In this document: piece by piece, positions 11,615-23,908 of the stretch
How positions within the stretch are numbered: position 1 is the stretch's first letter
How the letters are laid out: each line of letters starts with the position of its first letter
NCBI GenBank assembly: GCA_964016885.1
Contig: OZ024746.1
Span: 58,838,001-58,902,000 of the forward strand
Origin: Eledone cirrhosa
Taxonomy: Eukaryota
Length of the DNA stretch: 64,000 nt
Direction: 5' to 3'
Notes under the pieces: generated by a model
Seen by the model: only the letters and a program-made list of their open reading frames with translations
Told to the model about the DNA's origin: nothing
Databases searched by the model: none
Position numbers and translations under genes: made by a program

Positions 11615-13547
11615 AAAAGGCACTTACCTCTCTGCGTCCCGGGTATCGGGCTCTTCGTCTCCTGGGGACCATGCTGCACAATTTCCATGGGGTGTTGGAG
11701 GGTATGTTTGATGGGGTGGTGGTTTCTGGCGGGGTGGGGACGGAGGTGTTTGGTGGGGAGGGGGTGTCTGGTGGGATGGGGATGACTTGGGTTGGGGTGC
11801 CTGTGGTGGGGAGGCCTTTGTAGAGGATGCGGTTGATTGGTTTCACGCAGGAATTCCCCACGTCCTCTACAAATGTTTCTTTTAGGGATCTATAAGTTCC
11901 TATAGGGAGCCTGATCAGTTTTAGGTTCATTTTTTTTTTTTTTTTTGGAGCTATCCAAAGTTTTCCCTTCGGTTTTGACCAAAGGGTTGTTTCTGATGGT
12001 CTCCATCAGTGTTCTATTTTCTTCGTTTATGTAAGTGTATGTGTACTTTTCCTGTGTTGTGTTTGTTTTAGTCTGTGGTTCCTGCATGTGTTTTCTCTTT
12101 GTTGTGGGTATTTTGTTTTCAGGAGGGGGAACTTTTGTTTGTGATTTTTGTGCTGTTTGTGCTGGTGTTTATGTGTTTTTTTCGTTTTTGTTCATGCGGT
12201 TCTTTCTTTTTATTCTTTTCACGGGTTGGAAGGGTTCCTCCTCATCGCCGTTGGATGCCGTTGATAGGGGTTCCTCATCCGTGTTGATGGGTAGGGGTAT
12301 ATTTTGGGGTTCTGTAGTGTCTGTGTGTGTTTTTGTATTTGTTTTGGGTGGGGAGGGGTTGGGTGGGATAGTGTTCTCTGTTGTTTTATCTTGTTGTCGT
12401 GGTGGTGGTGGTTGTGTTGTTAATTGTGGTGTTGGTAAAAGTGTTTTCTTTTGTCAATTGAGGACAGGCAGCCCTTAGGTGACCTCTGCTTGCGCAGTGG
12501 TAACATGCGGGCCGCCTACCCTCAACCGAAATGTTTATGTAGGTCTGTCCATCCAGAGGTACTCTCTGCGGGATTTTTATTATACGTTCTGGGCTCATCT
12601 GCACCAGAATTTCGACGCTAGTCCCACTAAATATATCTCTGGAGGATTTTCCTACTGAGATCAAAATGTTTTGTTCAAAGTCAATTAGGCCATAAAGTAT
12701 CCAACAAATATCTACTTTGGGTCTTATGCATGTAATTTTTATTTTTTGCGTTCTTTTTCCCATGTATGTAGGGAAAAATGTAAAATGGGTGGACACAATG
12801 GGCGCGATGGAATATTTCTGTGCTGTTATGTTGTTTTTCATTAGCACCGAGATGCTGCCGAAAAAATTGGCTTTCTGAATGAATAAAATGTTATCCATGT
12901 GGTTCCTTAAAACCAGCTCAATCTCACTCTGAGATAGTTGAGCTGGTTTTTTTTATGCATTTGAGATTGTCCTGAAAACCACCGTGTTCAGAGCATTCTC
13001 TCTCCTTAGTTCTTGTGGTGAATTTATGCTAAATGACCCATTGGGTCCAATAGTCACATATTGTTTAGCTTCTTCCAACTTGAAATATTTCCGGGTTTTT
13101 TTTACGGTATCAGCAAAAGAAATTTTTGCTGTTGTTGTCTTTCTTGTTGTTGTTGTCACTGTTGTTTGTATTTTCTTTGGTGTTTGTGCTGACATTTTTT
13201 TCCTTTTGATTGGTATTGTTGGATGTGTTTACAATTTTTTCATTTTCTGTATTTTTTGGTGTCTGTTGTGGGCTGTTATTTTCATTTTTTGTTGTGTGAA
13301 TTTCCATTTCATTACGAAAAGAAGTGTTTGCTACATATATATCCTTCTGTGTGTGGATACATGTGACGTTTGTGACGTCAGGCGTGTTCAGTTGCTTACA
13401 AGCAGCTGAAGCTTGTTCCACTTCTAGATGTTGAGGCGATGATGTTGGCCTTTCTTTGTCCATGTCTGCTACTACCTGCTGGTCAAGTAGGCATGGCTTT
13501 CCCTTCCCATCTTCTTGTTTTGGCAAAGAAGTAGGTGCTTCGGCCAT
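11615..13547 (-). pseudogene. Tx1 B ORF1, frameshifted
   Basis: CYHCASRGHLRAAC knuckle; segments homologous to A ORF1 spread across several frames; 3' limit approximate. Confidence 0.82.
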
Positions 13548-13757
13548 TTTTTTTTAAATGTACTGTTTTGCAAAAATATTTTCGAAGATATTTTGGATGT
13601 TTTTGCCCTGAGGGGCACGATATTTTGGAAGACTGACCAGATCAAAATTTGACCTGTCAGTCCCTCTACAAATTGGTATAAAATTAAAAGTTCACAATGA
13701 CGAATTTCTAAGGAAATTTAAACAAAACTTACCGAGAAAGTTTAACACGTGCCCAGC

Positions 13758-13900
13758 GATAGATAGATAGATGGATAGAGAGATAGAGAGATAGAGAGAT
13801 AAATGGATAGATATATATATAGATAGATGGATAGATAGATAGCTAGAAAGATAAAGAGAGAGAGCGAGAGAGAGAGAGAGCGAGAGAGAGAGAGAGAGAG
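13758..13900. repeat. Degenerate (GATA)n grading into (GA)n
   Basis: Direct reading. Confidence 0.95.
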
Positions 13901-14881
13901 ATCGTGGTGAATGGTTCCGAGGTTTGGCGGCAGCTCAGTCTATAGAGACGTACTCTCTACAGTGAATTTCGTACTTTAAATTAAGAACGTTGTCTCCGTA
14001 GATTAATGTTGTTCCCCACTTTCCATATTATTGCAGGAATACACACAGCAAACACACATACACACACACACATATATACACACACACACTTATATACATA
14101 TTTTATATATTTATATATATATATATATATATATTTGTTTTGCGAGGTTTTTGATATGACCCTCCCCAAGTATAACAATATATATATGTATATATATATA
14201 TATTTTGTATTCTTACATAATTTGCACATCACCGAATTCTTTCGCTAATATAGAGGTTATCTCCCTTGCTGAGTACCATGTGCGTTTTTGGCTATAGGTC
14301 CCCTCTTTATTGTCGGACGAAAACCCGTTGAGAAAGCTGTTCCGCGTCCACCCCTTCTCTAGAAGTCTTATATATTTGTTATGTGGGCTGATAGTGATTG
14401 GATTAAGGAATTGCAGAAACCCAAGAAGCTAGATTTAACACCCTTCTAGCGGGTCCGGGTGAGTTTTTTACATTCATTTAATTTATTAATTTATTGATAT
14501 TTATTTGACTGACCCGAATCTTCCTGGTCGTTCTTTTTCGGCTGCACGGGTGATTTTAGGCATAATCTCTGTGTTGGTAATTTAACGATGGTTATAGCTC
14601 TGATTTATCCAAATTATTGAGCCCTCTGCCACACATGTCGGATATTGTTTATCGTGATTTCGTGGGCTGATATTCCGATTCTCGATTATTCTACTAAATA
14701 TATATATATATATATATATTAGAATTGTTGCTCTGAAATAGCTATATATATATGAATGTATATACAGTGTATATTGCAATACACTGTATGCTTAATTAAA
14801 AGCATTTCGAAGACCTTATGCTATTGTTTTAGAATAGTGATAGTCTCACTTACTTTAATTTTCAGCAAACAGGGGAGAAAA

Positions 14882-14926
14882 AGCCGACAGGGCCATGTTT
14901 CGCATTTGCTGATGCTTATCAAGGCT
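14882..14926 (-). ncRNA. Type I hammerhead ribozyme (U3-A8)
   Basis: AGCC-TTGATAA-GCAT cagcaa ATGC-GAA-ACA tggccc TGT-C-GGCT. Confidence 0.85.
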
Positions 14927-15263
14927 AACTACTCCTCCTGTTTGCTGAAAATCATGGATGTTTGATTCTTATAGAATTCTAGTAAATAATCAGGAACTGA
15001 TTATACAGAGCGGTTGCCGGTCAAGCAGAAAATGAAAATTAGAATTGGTGCTCTGAAATAGCTATATATATATATGAATGTATATATAGTGTATTTTGCA
15101 ATACACTGTATGCTTAATTAAAAGCATTTCGAAGACCTTATGCTATTGTTTTAGAGTATTGTTTTAGAGTACTTTAATTTTCTGTATAATCAGTTCCTGA
15201 TTATTTACTAGAATTCTATAAGAATCAAACATACATGATTTTCAGCAAACAGGAGGAGTAGTT

Positions 15264-15308
15264 AGGCTTGATAAGCATCAACAAATGCGAAACATGGCCC
15301 TGTCGGCT
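15264..15308 (+). ncRNA. Type I hammerhead ribozyme (U3-A8), inverted copy
   Basis: AGGC-TTGATAA-GCAT caacaa ATGC-GAA-ACA tggccc TGT-C-GGCT; one stem I mismatch. Confidence 0.78.
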
Positions 15309-15433
15309 TTATCTCCCCTGTTTGCTGAAAATTAAAGTAAGTGAGACTATCACTATTATAAAACAATAGCATAAGGTCTTCGAAATACTTTTAATTAAGC
15401 ATACAGTGTATTCCAAAATACACTATATATACA

Positions 15434-15491
<58 letters not shown>

Positions 15492-16807
15492 ATATTAACA
15501 ATTGGAAACTATATTTATAAAACCATATTTACTTCATTATACATATTTGAAGGGCCACCAAGGCAGATTATGGTGCGCTTTCATCAGATAAAATATAATA
15601 TAGATTAGTTTTATGAATAAATATTGACATACCTTGAAAAATGCAACCTTCACGGTTGGAGTCTCCTGTTATAAAAATATTTTGCTTGTTGTATCCCAAC
15701 AAATTAAATATAACCTCTACATATATATATATTATAATAAAATAACAGGAGGCTGGACTTGTGTAAATCATTGAAAGGTTTATTATACTATGATCATTTC
15801 AATGACCGGGTTCCGTATGAATCCGGTGATATCATCAGGTATTCGAAATATAATAAATCAATGTAACAGATAAAATCCATGGGGCTGAAAATCATATACC
15901 CGAGGACTACCGACCATCTAGCATCTTCCACTTTAGCCGGTCACCCTCAAGTGCTGGCCATTCGGCCTACTTAAGGCCATCTGGTGAGGGGGCTAAAGAT
16001 TATAGTGTGCTGCTAACCTCCCGGTCAAAGAGAAGAAAAACAGAAAGGAAGAGGAAGAAAAGTAAGCATTAATGTCATCCTACAAGAAAAAGACAGAAAG
16101 AAAGAGGAAGAAAAGTCAGTATTTATGTCATGCTACAGTCAGTCCATGAATTGCCGCGAAAAAAGTTATTCTAAAGTACCAGTATTTTAACAGAGGTATA
16201 TATAGTGGGAGTCTACATGGTATAATGTGTGAACAGAAATTTGGAACGTTAAATTTTTGTTTAGATTTATAGGATGAAGTTAAAAAATTTAAAGATTAAC
16301 ATTATAAAATTAAAATTTAGAAAATTGAAAATTAAAGTGTTTAAAAAATGTTTAAGGTTTTTGGTTGCGAGGTTTAGTGAAAGAAAGAGTCTTATATGAA
16401 GAAACTTTAATTGCATTATAGAGATCCTCGATAAGTTATCCAAGTGGGATGTAGAGTAAAGATTATGTCCTTGTTTTGCAGTCAAACAGCATGCGGCGAC
16501 TGCAGACTCCGGCCAGCCCATCCTAACCACGTGTCAGCCATTCCGAATGAGATCGCCTAGCGAAAGATATGGAAATCAATTTTTCCAAGCACTCCAGGAA
16601 TGTATTCCAGGCTTCAGGTGTGCTAGTGGGAAGTCAGCCATCGTCGGTAGGCCATCGTTATACCAAACGAGTACTATTAATTTACACAGGAGGGGGATTT
16701 GTTTAAGTAGAAGGAGGCATGATACAGCTAATAGTTATGATTAGGCCTAGAATTTAAAGGTACTATATGGCGGTCAGAAAATGTTCGCTCTCCATAGGTG
16801 AATACAA

Positions 16808-17455
16808 TAAATGTAATCTGAACTTTTCGAATATTAATAATAACGTTCGATTTGTTTGCAATTATACAAACAAGCCTCAATTTTAAAGCCATGTCAGTAG
16901 AATAAACCCTTCATTCTTGCTCTTGTGTTGGTATGTGAACAGAACTGCAGACACTAATGTTTCTGGGTATCAACCTTCATCAGTACAGCTCACTGTTCAC
17001 CTGCCAAACTGTCAGAGCTAGTGAAAATATATGCTATTTTCAAAAATACATTTATTGTATTCAGGCGTGTAGAGCGAAATTTTCTTTTATATGTGAATTT
17101 GGCAAAGCCGGCCATTTATCGGTCGTAAACAGGAAACTGACTGGCTAGTCTGCTGATATGCAAATCTGGCTCATCAGTGGATCTGCTAATATGCAAATCA
17201 AGCCGATCAGTAACTGTATATTTATGAAAATATCATATATTTTCACTAGCTCTGACAGTTTGGCAGGTGAACAGTGAGGTGTACTGGAAATGCTACCCAG
17301 AAACATTAGTGTCTGCAGTTCTGTTCACATGCCAATACAAGTGCAAGAATGAAGTGTTCATTCTATTGACATAGCTATAAAATTCAGGCTTATTTGTATA
17401 ATTGCAAACGAATCGAATGTTATTATTAATATTCGAAAAAACTCAGATTACATTT
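16808..17455. mobile_element. Fold-back element with ~240-bp inverted arms and a hammerhead (PLE pLTR-like)
   Basis: 16808-17050 is the diverged reverse complement of 17215-17455; right arm ends in a TA tract. Confidence 0.8.
16943..16990 (-). ncRNA. Type I hammerhead ribozyme
   Basis: AGCTGTA-CTGATGA-a GGT tgat ACC ca-GAA-ACA ttag TGT-C-TGCAGTT; the right-arm copy has a disrupted core. Confidence 0.75.
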
Positions 17456-17573
17456 ATATATATATAAATTTTACGAAGGTATCATAGTTATATCGACGTC
17501 TTCAAGAAGCTGTCAACCAATATTTTATATGAAATATACATTATGCTGTTCACCGTTTTTATCAAATCTCACG

Positions 17574-17625
<52 letters not shown>

Positions 17626-17707
17626 GTTATTCCGGGTTGAATCGGAGGTAACCACAGTAAGTAAGGTACTCAATACATAGTAGAGTATAAAAGTTTTAAT
17701 ATAGATG

Positions 17708-17758
17708 AGATTCTACAGGACTAGAACTGTTTCATTCATTAGAAATCATCAGGAATCT
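17708..17758 (-). ncRNA. Type I hammerhead ribozyme (family D)
   Basis: AGATTC-CTGATGA-t TTC taat GAA t-GAA-ACAG ttctagtc CTGT-A-GAATCT. Confidence 0.82.
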
Positions 17759-18345
17759 GGGTATCAAAAAATAAAAATGGTATTTATAGGTCTCTACAAG
17801 TGGTAGGAGAGGGTGGGGAGTGGGATCGGTGCAGGTCATTGGTTGATAGAAAAGGGAATTCATTAAAAGCTAATTCTACAAAGCTATAGTTTATTTTTAT
17901 TTATTTATGTTTTTAGAGTAACAAGGGCAGACAGAATTCTATAAACAGGTTCCGGATGGCATACTATTCCTTGTCATTAAGATTCTCTTAAGCTAACAGA
18001 TGTGTATAAAATCAGTGGGGGGTCAGTCATGGTCGATAGAATTAAAGAAAAGGGAGATTCTTTTAAAGCTAAAATCATTAAGGTTCTACTAAGTGACAAA
18101 GGTCTAGAAAATTCTGCAGACAGATTCAAAATACTGAGTGCATATCTTACTATTATCTTCGAACTTCTCTTAAACTAATCAACTATATGCCAAAAATCAA
18201 CAGACACATTCACAAAAAAACAAAAAAACATACTCACTCACACACTTACGCGCAACCATAAACACACACACAAACACATATACACACATAAAAACACACA
18301 CACATATATAAAAATATATTCATATACATACATATACATTCACAC

Positions 18346-18402
<57 letters not shown>

Positions 18403-18595
18403 TATATATATATATATATACACACATATATATATATACACATACACACACACATACACATACATACACACACACACACATATATACACATATAAATACA
18501 CTCACACACATACATACAAACACAAATATACATGTGTATACATATACACACAAATACATATAGACATATATACATACATATACACAGACACATAT

Positions 18596-18651
<56 letters not shown>

Positions 18652-18693
18652 ACACATACATACATACACATATATATACACACACATACGCAT

Positions 18694-18766
<73 letters not shown>

Positions 18767-18771
18767 TACAT

Positions 18772-18813
<42 letters not shown>

Positions 18814-18847
18814 GACCTATAAATACCATTTTTATTTTTTGATACCC

Positions 18848-18898
18848 AGATTCCTGATGATTTCTAATGAGTGAAACAGTTCTAGTCCTGTAGAATCT
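18848..18898 (+). ncRNA. Type I hammerhead ribozyme (family D)
   Basis: Same fold as 17708-17758; GUA cleavage triplet. Confidence 0.82.
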
Positions 18899-18940
18899 CA
18901 TCTATATTAAAACTATATATATATATATATATATATATAA

Positions 18941-18979
<39 letters not shown>

Positions 18980-18987
18980 AATACATG

Positions 18988-19107
<120 letters not shown>

Positions 19108-19108
19108 A

Positions 19109-19834
19109 ATAGACACCAAGACTCAGCACCTCGACACAGACGCACCTACACCTGACAATAACTATATCGGCCTTAACAACTCCCTGGCAGCATCCAATAG
19201 TGTTGGCAACGGCATCCGCAGACGCAACCAGCATAACTGCGAAATGACTGGGGAACATGCAGGACATGACGCGCGGAATAACAATCGCACCACCCCGCGT
19301 GGTGTGGGTAATGGTGCTAACAACACCTGCGGTAGCGTAGGTAGCAACATAGGCAGCAACAATGATAGCCTCACCGTGGGAAATAGACGGAACCGCGACA
19401 GAAATTTCAACTGCCGCGACAGAGGACGCTGCCCCCTTAGAGGATACTGCTTGACTGATAGGGTTATATATAGATGCACTATTACTAACCACAATAGCGT
19501 TAAACATTATATAGGGGCTACCTCCGCCCCGTTCAATATTAGGTTTCGAACACATCTCCACTCTTTCACAAATAGAAAACTAAGGCACTCCACTTCGCTC
19601 GCGGACTACATCACATCACTAAAGGACTTAAACATCAGCTTTTCCACGCACTGGGAGATTGTCGGCAGGGCTGCACCGTACAACTTCAAGAGGAAATGCG
19701 ATCTTTGCTTCATGGAGCTCTACCACATCATCACTGCACCCCACGAGCTCATCAACAGCAGTGCTGAAACAGCGATAAGTTGTACACATCGCTTAAAAAT
19801 ATCCTTCTTCAGATGGGTTAAGGATGAGGAGTGA
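19109..19834 (+). CDS. PLE linker and GIY-YIG endonuclease (partial, reading frame intact)
   Basis: Frame open from 19109; NCR...[11 protein letters not shown]...YIG, R..H, KCDLC..E, IN...SCTHR. Confidence 0.85.
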   Translation: MDTKTQHLDTDAPTPDNNYIGLNNSLAASNSVGNGIRRRNQHNCEMTGEHAGHDARNNNRTTPRGVGNGANNTCGSVGSNIGSNNDSLTVGNRRNRDRNFNCRDRGRCPLRGYCLTDRVIYRCTITNHNSVKHYIGATSAPFNIRFRTHLHSFTNRKLRHSTSLADYITSLKDLNISFSTHWEIVGRAAPYNFKRKCDLCFMELYHIITAPHELINSSAETAISCTHRLKISFFRWVKDEE

Positions 19835-20124
19835 AACCGTACACCAGATCTCACTGCAACAAGTTTTAACACCCCGGCGGGCAGGCGCTGCAAAATAACT
19901 CCCAGGAAACTATCCTTGCATACCAGACCCAGCCTCAGACAAACAGATGCGGCAAAAAAAAAAAAAAAATTGTCCGGGAAAGACTGCCCTACCACCGGCC
20001 AGAGTTACCTCCCCTAACCTGCTGCAAAATCAAAACAAGATATTTTTGCGAGCAATGAACCTTGATGTGGATTTAACCCCCAAAACTCTTTCCGAGCAAT
20101 GTAAGGAACACTTGTGATTATTTA

Positions 20125-20165
20125 TGCCCTTGAGAAGCCCAACTGGGCGAAACGTACGTAGGTGC
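20125..20165 (+). ncRNA. Minimal type I hammerhead ribozyme (U3-A8), palindromic stem III
   Basis: CC-TTGAGAA-GCCC aact GGGC-GAA-ACGTACGT-A-GG; stem I partly decayed. Confidence 0.75.
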
Positions 20166-20312
20166 TGTTTTAAATAAACATGTTTTAACGGTCTATTCTC
20201 CGATTCTTTACTTTCCCACGTATATAAATATATATATATATACATAAATACATATATATATATTCATAAATAGACACATACATGTATATATATATATATA
20301 TACATATATGTG

Positions 20313-20346
<34 letters not shown>

Positions 20347-20513
20347 TATATTGTTATACTTTGGGAGGGTCATGTTGCCAATAAGAAACACACGCACCAG
20401 TTGCTTTCACTTCAATTTATTATATATTTATAAATTTATAAATTTACAAATCTACAAACTTATAAATTTCTGGTTGGTTGGTTGGTTCCACAACCAGATA
20501 GTTGTTTATATAT

Positions 20514-20558
20514 AGTCATAGTCCTTTCGTCACACACTCTGTGACATCTTCAGTGACT
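20514..20558 (-). ncRNA. Minimal type I hammerhead ribozyme (family F)
   Basis: AGTCA-CTGAAGA-t-GTCACA gagtg TGTGAC-GAA-AGGACT-A-TGACT. Confidence 0.8.
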
Positions 20559-20841
20559 GGGGATTCCTTTCTTTGTTTCTGTGCCTTTCCTTTCTTCTAT
20601 GCTACGCCATTTTGTTTCTGTGTGTGTGTTGTGTGCTCAGTTTGCGCATGCGCCACATCCGGGTGTCTGTGTGTGTTTGTGTTCATTTATCTATTTGTTT
20701 ATTTATTTATTTATTTATGTATTGTTGGTTGGTTGTTTGTTCTATGTGTGTGTGTGCTTTCATTTTGTCCTGTGTGTATTTTCATTTTGTCCTTAATTGT
20801 AAGTTGTTTGTTCTATGTGTGTGTGTGTTTTCATTTTGTCC

Positions 20842-21263
20842 TTAATTGTAAGTTGTGATGTTGCTGTTCCACTCATATTTTCTATTTAATTTTGGTTGTA
20901 ATTCTTTTATGCTTACTGCCTCTGTAATTTGCCTAAACATTGCATCTTTTCTGTGTGTGGATTCTATTTTTATTTCTATGTTCTCTAATCTACCCCTGTG
21001 TTCTATCTTAGCATGTTGGTAGAGCACAGATGATTCTTTATTATCTTGAAGGTCTCGCCAGTGTTCATTTATTCGTTCCCCTATACTACGAGCTGTCTCA
21101 CCTATGTACACTATATTTTTGTTTCTACATTGTCCTTCAGTACATCTTATGCTATACACTACATTTCTAGTTTTACAGTTAATATGGGGGCTTATTTTAC
21201 AGGTTATACATTTCTTATCTATACATGAGGGTCTTTGGAACGAGTATGTCTTGCTAATAAGTG
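20842..21263 (-). pseudogene. PLE GIY-YIG endonuclease with Cys linker (partial)
   Basis: C...KCITC...CKTRNVVY.I.C...C...YIGETARSIGERINEH...H...H...R.ITEAVSI...QPKLNRKYE. Confidence 0.88.
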
Positions 21264-21452
21264 TTTTTACGGAGGTACACTTATTAGCAAGACATACCCG
21301 TTCCAAAGACCCTCATGTATAGATAAGAAATGTATAACCTGTAAAATAACGGATGTGGCGCATGCGCAAACTGAGCACACAACACACACACAGAAACAAA
21401 ATGGCGTAGGATAGAAGAAAGGAAAGGCACAGAAACAAAGAAAGGAATCCCC

Positions 21453-21497
21453 AGTCACTGAAGAGGGCACAGAGTGTGTGACGAAAGGACTATGACT
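21453..21497 (+). ncRNA. Minimal type I hammerhead ribozyme (family F)
   Basis: AGTCA-CTGAAGA...GAAAGGACTA-TGACT; one stem II mismatch. Confidence 0.75.
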
Positions 21498-21718
21498 ATA
21501 TATAAACAACTATCTGGTTGTGGAACCAACCAACCAACCAGAAATTTATAAGTTTGTAGATTTGTAAATTTATAAATTTATAAATATATAATAAATTGAA
21601 GTGAAACAACTGGTGCGTGTGTTTCTTATTGGCAACATGACCCTCCCAAAGTATAACAATATCGGTTTCAACACACGATTTCAGATAAAGAATCTTGCTA
21701 AACAAATTCAGAAACGAA

Positions 21719-21765
<47 letters not shown>

Positions 21766-22436
21766 AATACGTATATATTATACATATATTTATACATACA
21801 TATATATAGATATGTATATATATATGTATGCATGGATGTATGTGTGTATTAATTAAAGGTTAATTAGCCTCTAATACTCAAATATCTCAATGAAATAAAT
21901 CTCGCAGAGAAGCAATAATATATATTAAAATTAAATCAGAATAAACTCAATTTCTGGGAGTATAGACAAGATGGACGAAAAAATGTTTCTAGCTAAATTG
22001 ACTTATATATAGATCTACCTATATATATACGTATAAAAGAGAGACAGAGAGAAATAATAAATAAACGAGGAAACAATAAAGTAGCATATAGTGTATTATA
22101 TGCTTTGTGTCTATGGAAAATATCTTTGGGTATGAAATATTTTTTGAAACGCGTTTGTTGCGAATCCCTCGACGGTTTTTAGAATGAAAGATTGAAGAGA
22201 TATTTGGAAGCGAGAACCATGAAAAGGAAGACAGTAGAGAACGTACGTGCTTTTGCTTGTCAACTATCCTCATGCATACACCCAAACACACATATTCATA
22301 TATATATGTATATATATATATATATATGCGTGTGTGTGTGAATATATGTATGAATATATATATGCGTGTGTATGAATATATATATATATGCGTGTATGTA
22401 TGAATATATGTATGAATATATATATGCGTGTGTGTA

Positions 22437-22478
<42 letters not shown>

Positions 22479-22677
22479 TATATATATATATATATATATA
22501 TATACCAGTATATGTATATATATATAGGAATATATGTATATATATATTGTTATACTTTGGGAGGGTCATGTTGCCAATAAGAAACACACGCACCAGTCGA
22601 TTCACTTCCATTTATTATAAATTTCCGGTTGGTTGGTTGGTTGGTTGGTTCCACAACTAGATGGTTGTTCATATATT

Positions 22678-22720
22678 GTCAAAGTCCTTTCGTCACATAT
22701 TCTGTGACCTCTTCAGTGAC
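22678..22720 (-). ncRNA. Minimal type I hammerhead ribozyme (family F)
   Basis: GTCA-CTGAAGA-g-GTCACA...GTGAC-GAA-AGGACT-T-TGAC; partner at 23682-23724 has a CAGAAGA core mutation. Confidence 0.78.
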
Positions 22721-23079
22721 TGGGGATTCTTATCTTTGTTTTGTGCCTCTCCTTTGTTCTGTCCTACGCTATCTCTTGTTTTTGTGTGTGTTGTGTGCTT
22801 AGTTTGCGCATGCGTTACACCCGTGAGTGTTTTTTTGTTTATTTATTTGTTTATTTACATGTTACTAGTTAGTTGTTTGTTCTAGGTGTGTGTGTTTTCA
22901 TTTTGTCCCTAATTGTAAGTTGTGATGTTGCTATTCCATTCATGTTTTCTATTCAATTTTGATTGGAATTCATTTATATTTATTGCCTCTGTGATTTGTC
23001 TAAACATTGCGTCTTTTCTGTGTGTAGATTTTATTGTCCCTCAGTACATCTTATGCCTTATACTATGTTTCTAGTTTTA

Positions 23080-23490
23080 GTAATACATACCCTTTTCAAA
23101 GACCTCCCTGTATATATAAGAAATGCATAATCTGTAAACTAAGCCCCCATATTAACTGTAAAACTAGAAACATAGTATATAGCATAAGATATACTGAGGG
23201 ACAATGTAAAGATAAGAATATAATGTACATAGGTGAGCCAGCTCGTAGCATAGGAGAACGATTAAATGAACACTGGCGAGAATTCCAAGATAGAAAACAC
23301 TCATCAGTACTCCACCAACATGCTAAAATAGAACATAAGGGAAAATTAGGGAACATAGAAATAAAAATAAAATCTACACACAGAAAAGACGCAATGGTTA
23401 ACAAATCACAGAAGCAATAAACATAAATGAACTCCAACCAAAATTAAATAGAAAACATGAATGGAGTAGCAACATCACAGCTTACAATTA
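23080..23490 (+). pseudogene. PLE GIY-YIG endonuclease (partial, frameshift near 23400)
   Basis: CIICKLSPHINCKTRNIVYSI...YIGEPARSIGERLNEH; paralog of 20842-21263. Confidence 0.85.
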
Positions 23491-23908
23491 AGTACAAAAT
23501 GAAAACGCGTAGAAGAAACAACTAACTAGTAACATGTCAATAAACAAATAAATAAACAAATAAAAACACACACAGACACCCGGATGTAACGCATGCGCAA
23601 ACAAAGCACACAACACACACACGAACAAGATAGCGTAGGACAGAACAAAGGAGAGGCACAAAACAAAGAAAAGAATCCTCAGTCACAGAAGAGGTCACAG
23701 AATGTGTGACGAAAGAACTTTGACAATATATGAACAACCATCAGGTTGTGGAACCAACCAACCAACCGGAAATTTAAAATAAATTGAAGTGAAAGTAACT
23801 GCTGCGTGTGTTTCTTATTGCCAACATGACCCTCCCAAAGTATAACAATATCGGTTTTAACAGACGTTTTCAGATAAAGAATCTTGCTAAACAAATTTCA
23901 GAAACGAA

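Larger units (their letters stand above)
14719..15440. mobile_element. Non-coding hammerhead element: 320-bp unit, partial direct repeat and inverted copy, between (TA)n tracts (PLE pLTR/retrozyme-like)
   Basis: 14719-14830 recurs at 15039-15155; ~15180-15440 is the reverse complement of ~14745-15010; a hammerhead in each orientation. Confidence 0.8.
17625..18913. mobile_element. PLE pLTR-like family 'D' insertion: long arm 17625-18210 (minus) and short inverted arm 18811-18913
   Basis: 18811-18913 is the reverse complement of ~17693-17795; both outer ends abut (TA)n; microsatellites lie between the arms. Confidence 0.75.
19109..20220 (+). mobile_element. 5'-truncated Penelope-like element (Naiad-like linker, GIY-YIG, 3' hammerhead) between (TA)n tracts
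   Basis: GIY-YIG ORF followed by a hammerhead at 20125-20165; TA tracts on both sides. Confidence 0.85.
20349..21720. mobile_element. PLE (Neptune-like) with inverted pLTRs around a GIY-YIG fragment
   Basis: 20349-20660 is inverted at 21350-21660; internal hairpin 21192-21349; TA tracts on both flanks. Confidence 0.88.

Noticed and set aside
19244-19834. Selenocysteine recoding, reported for some Naiad PLEs
   Set aside because: No in-frame TGA at Cys positions in this ORF or in 1174-1509
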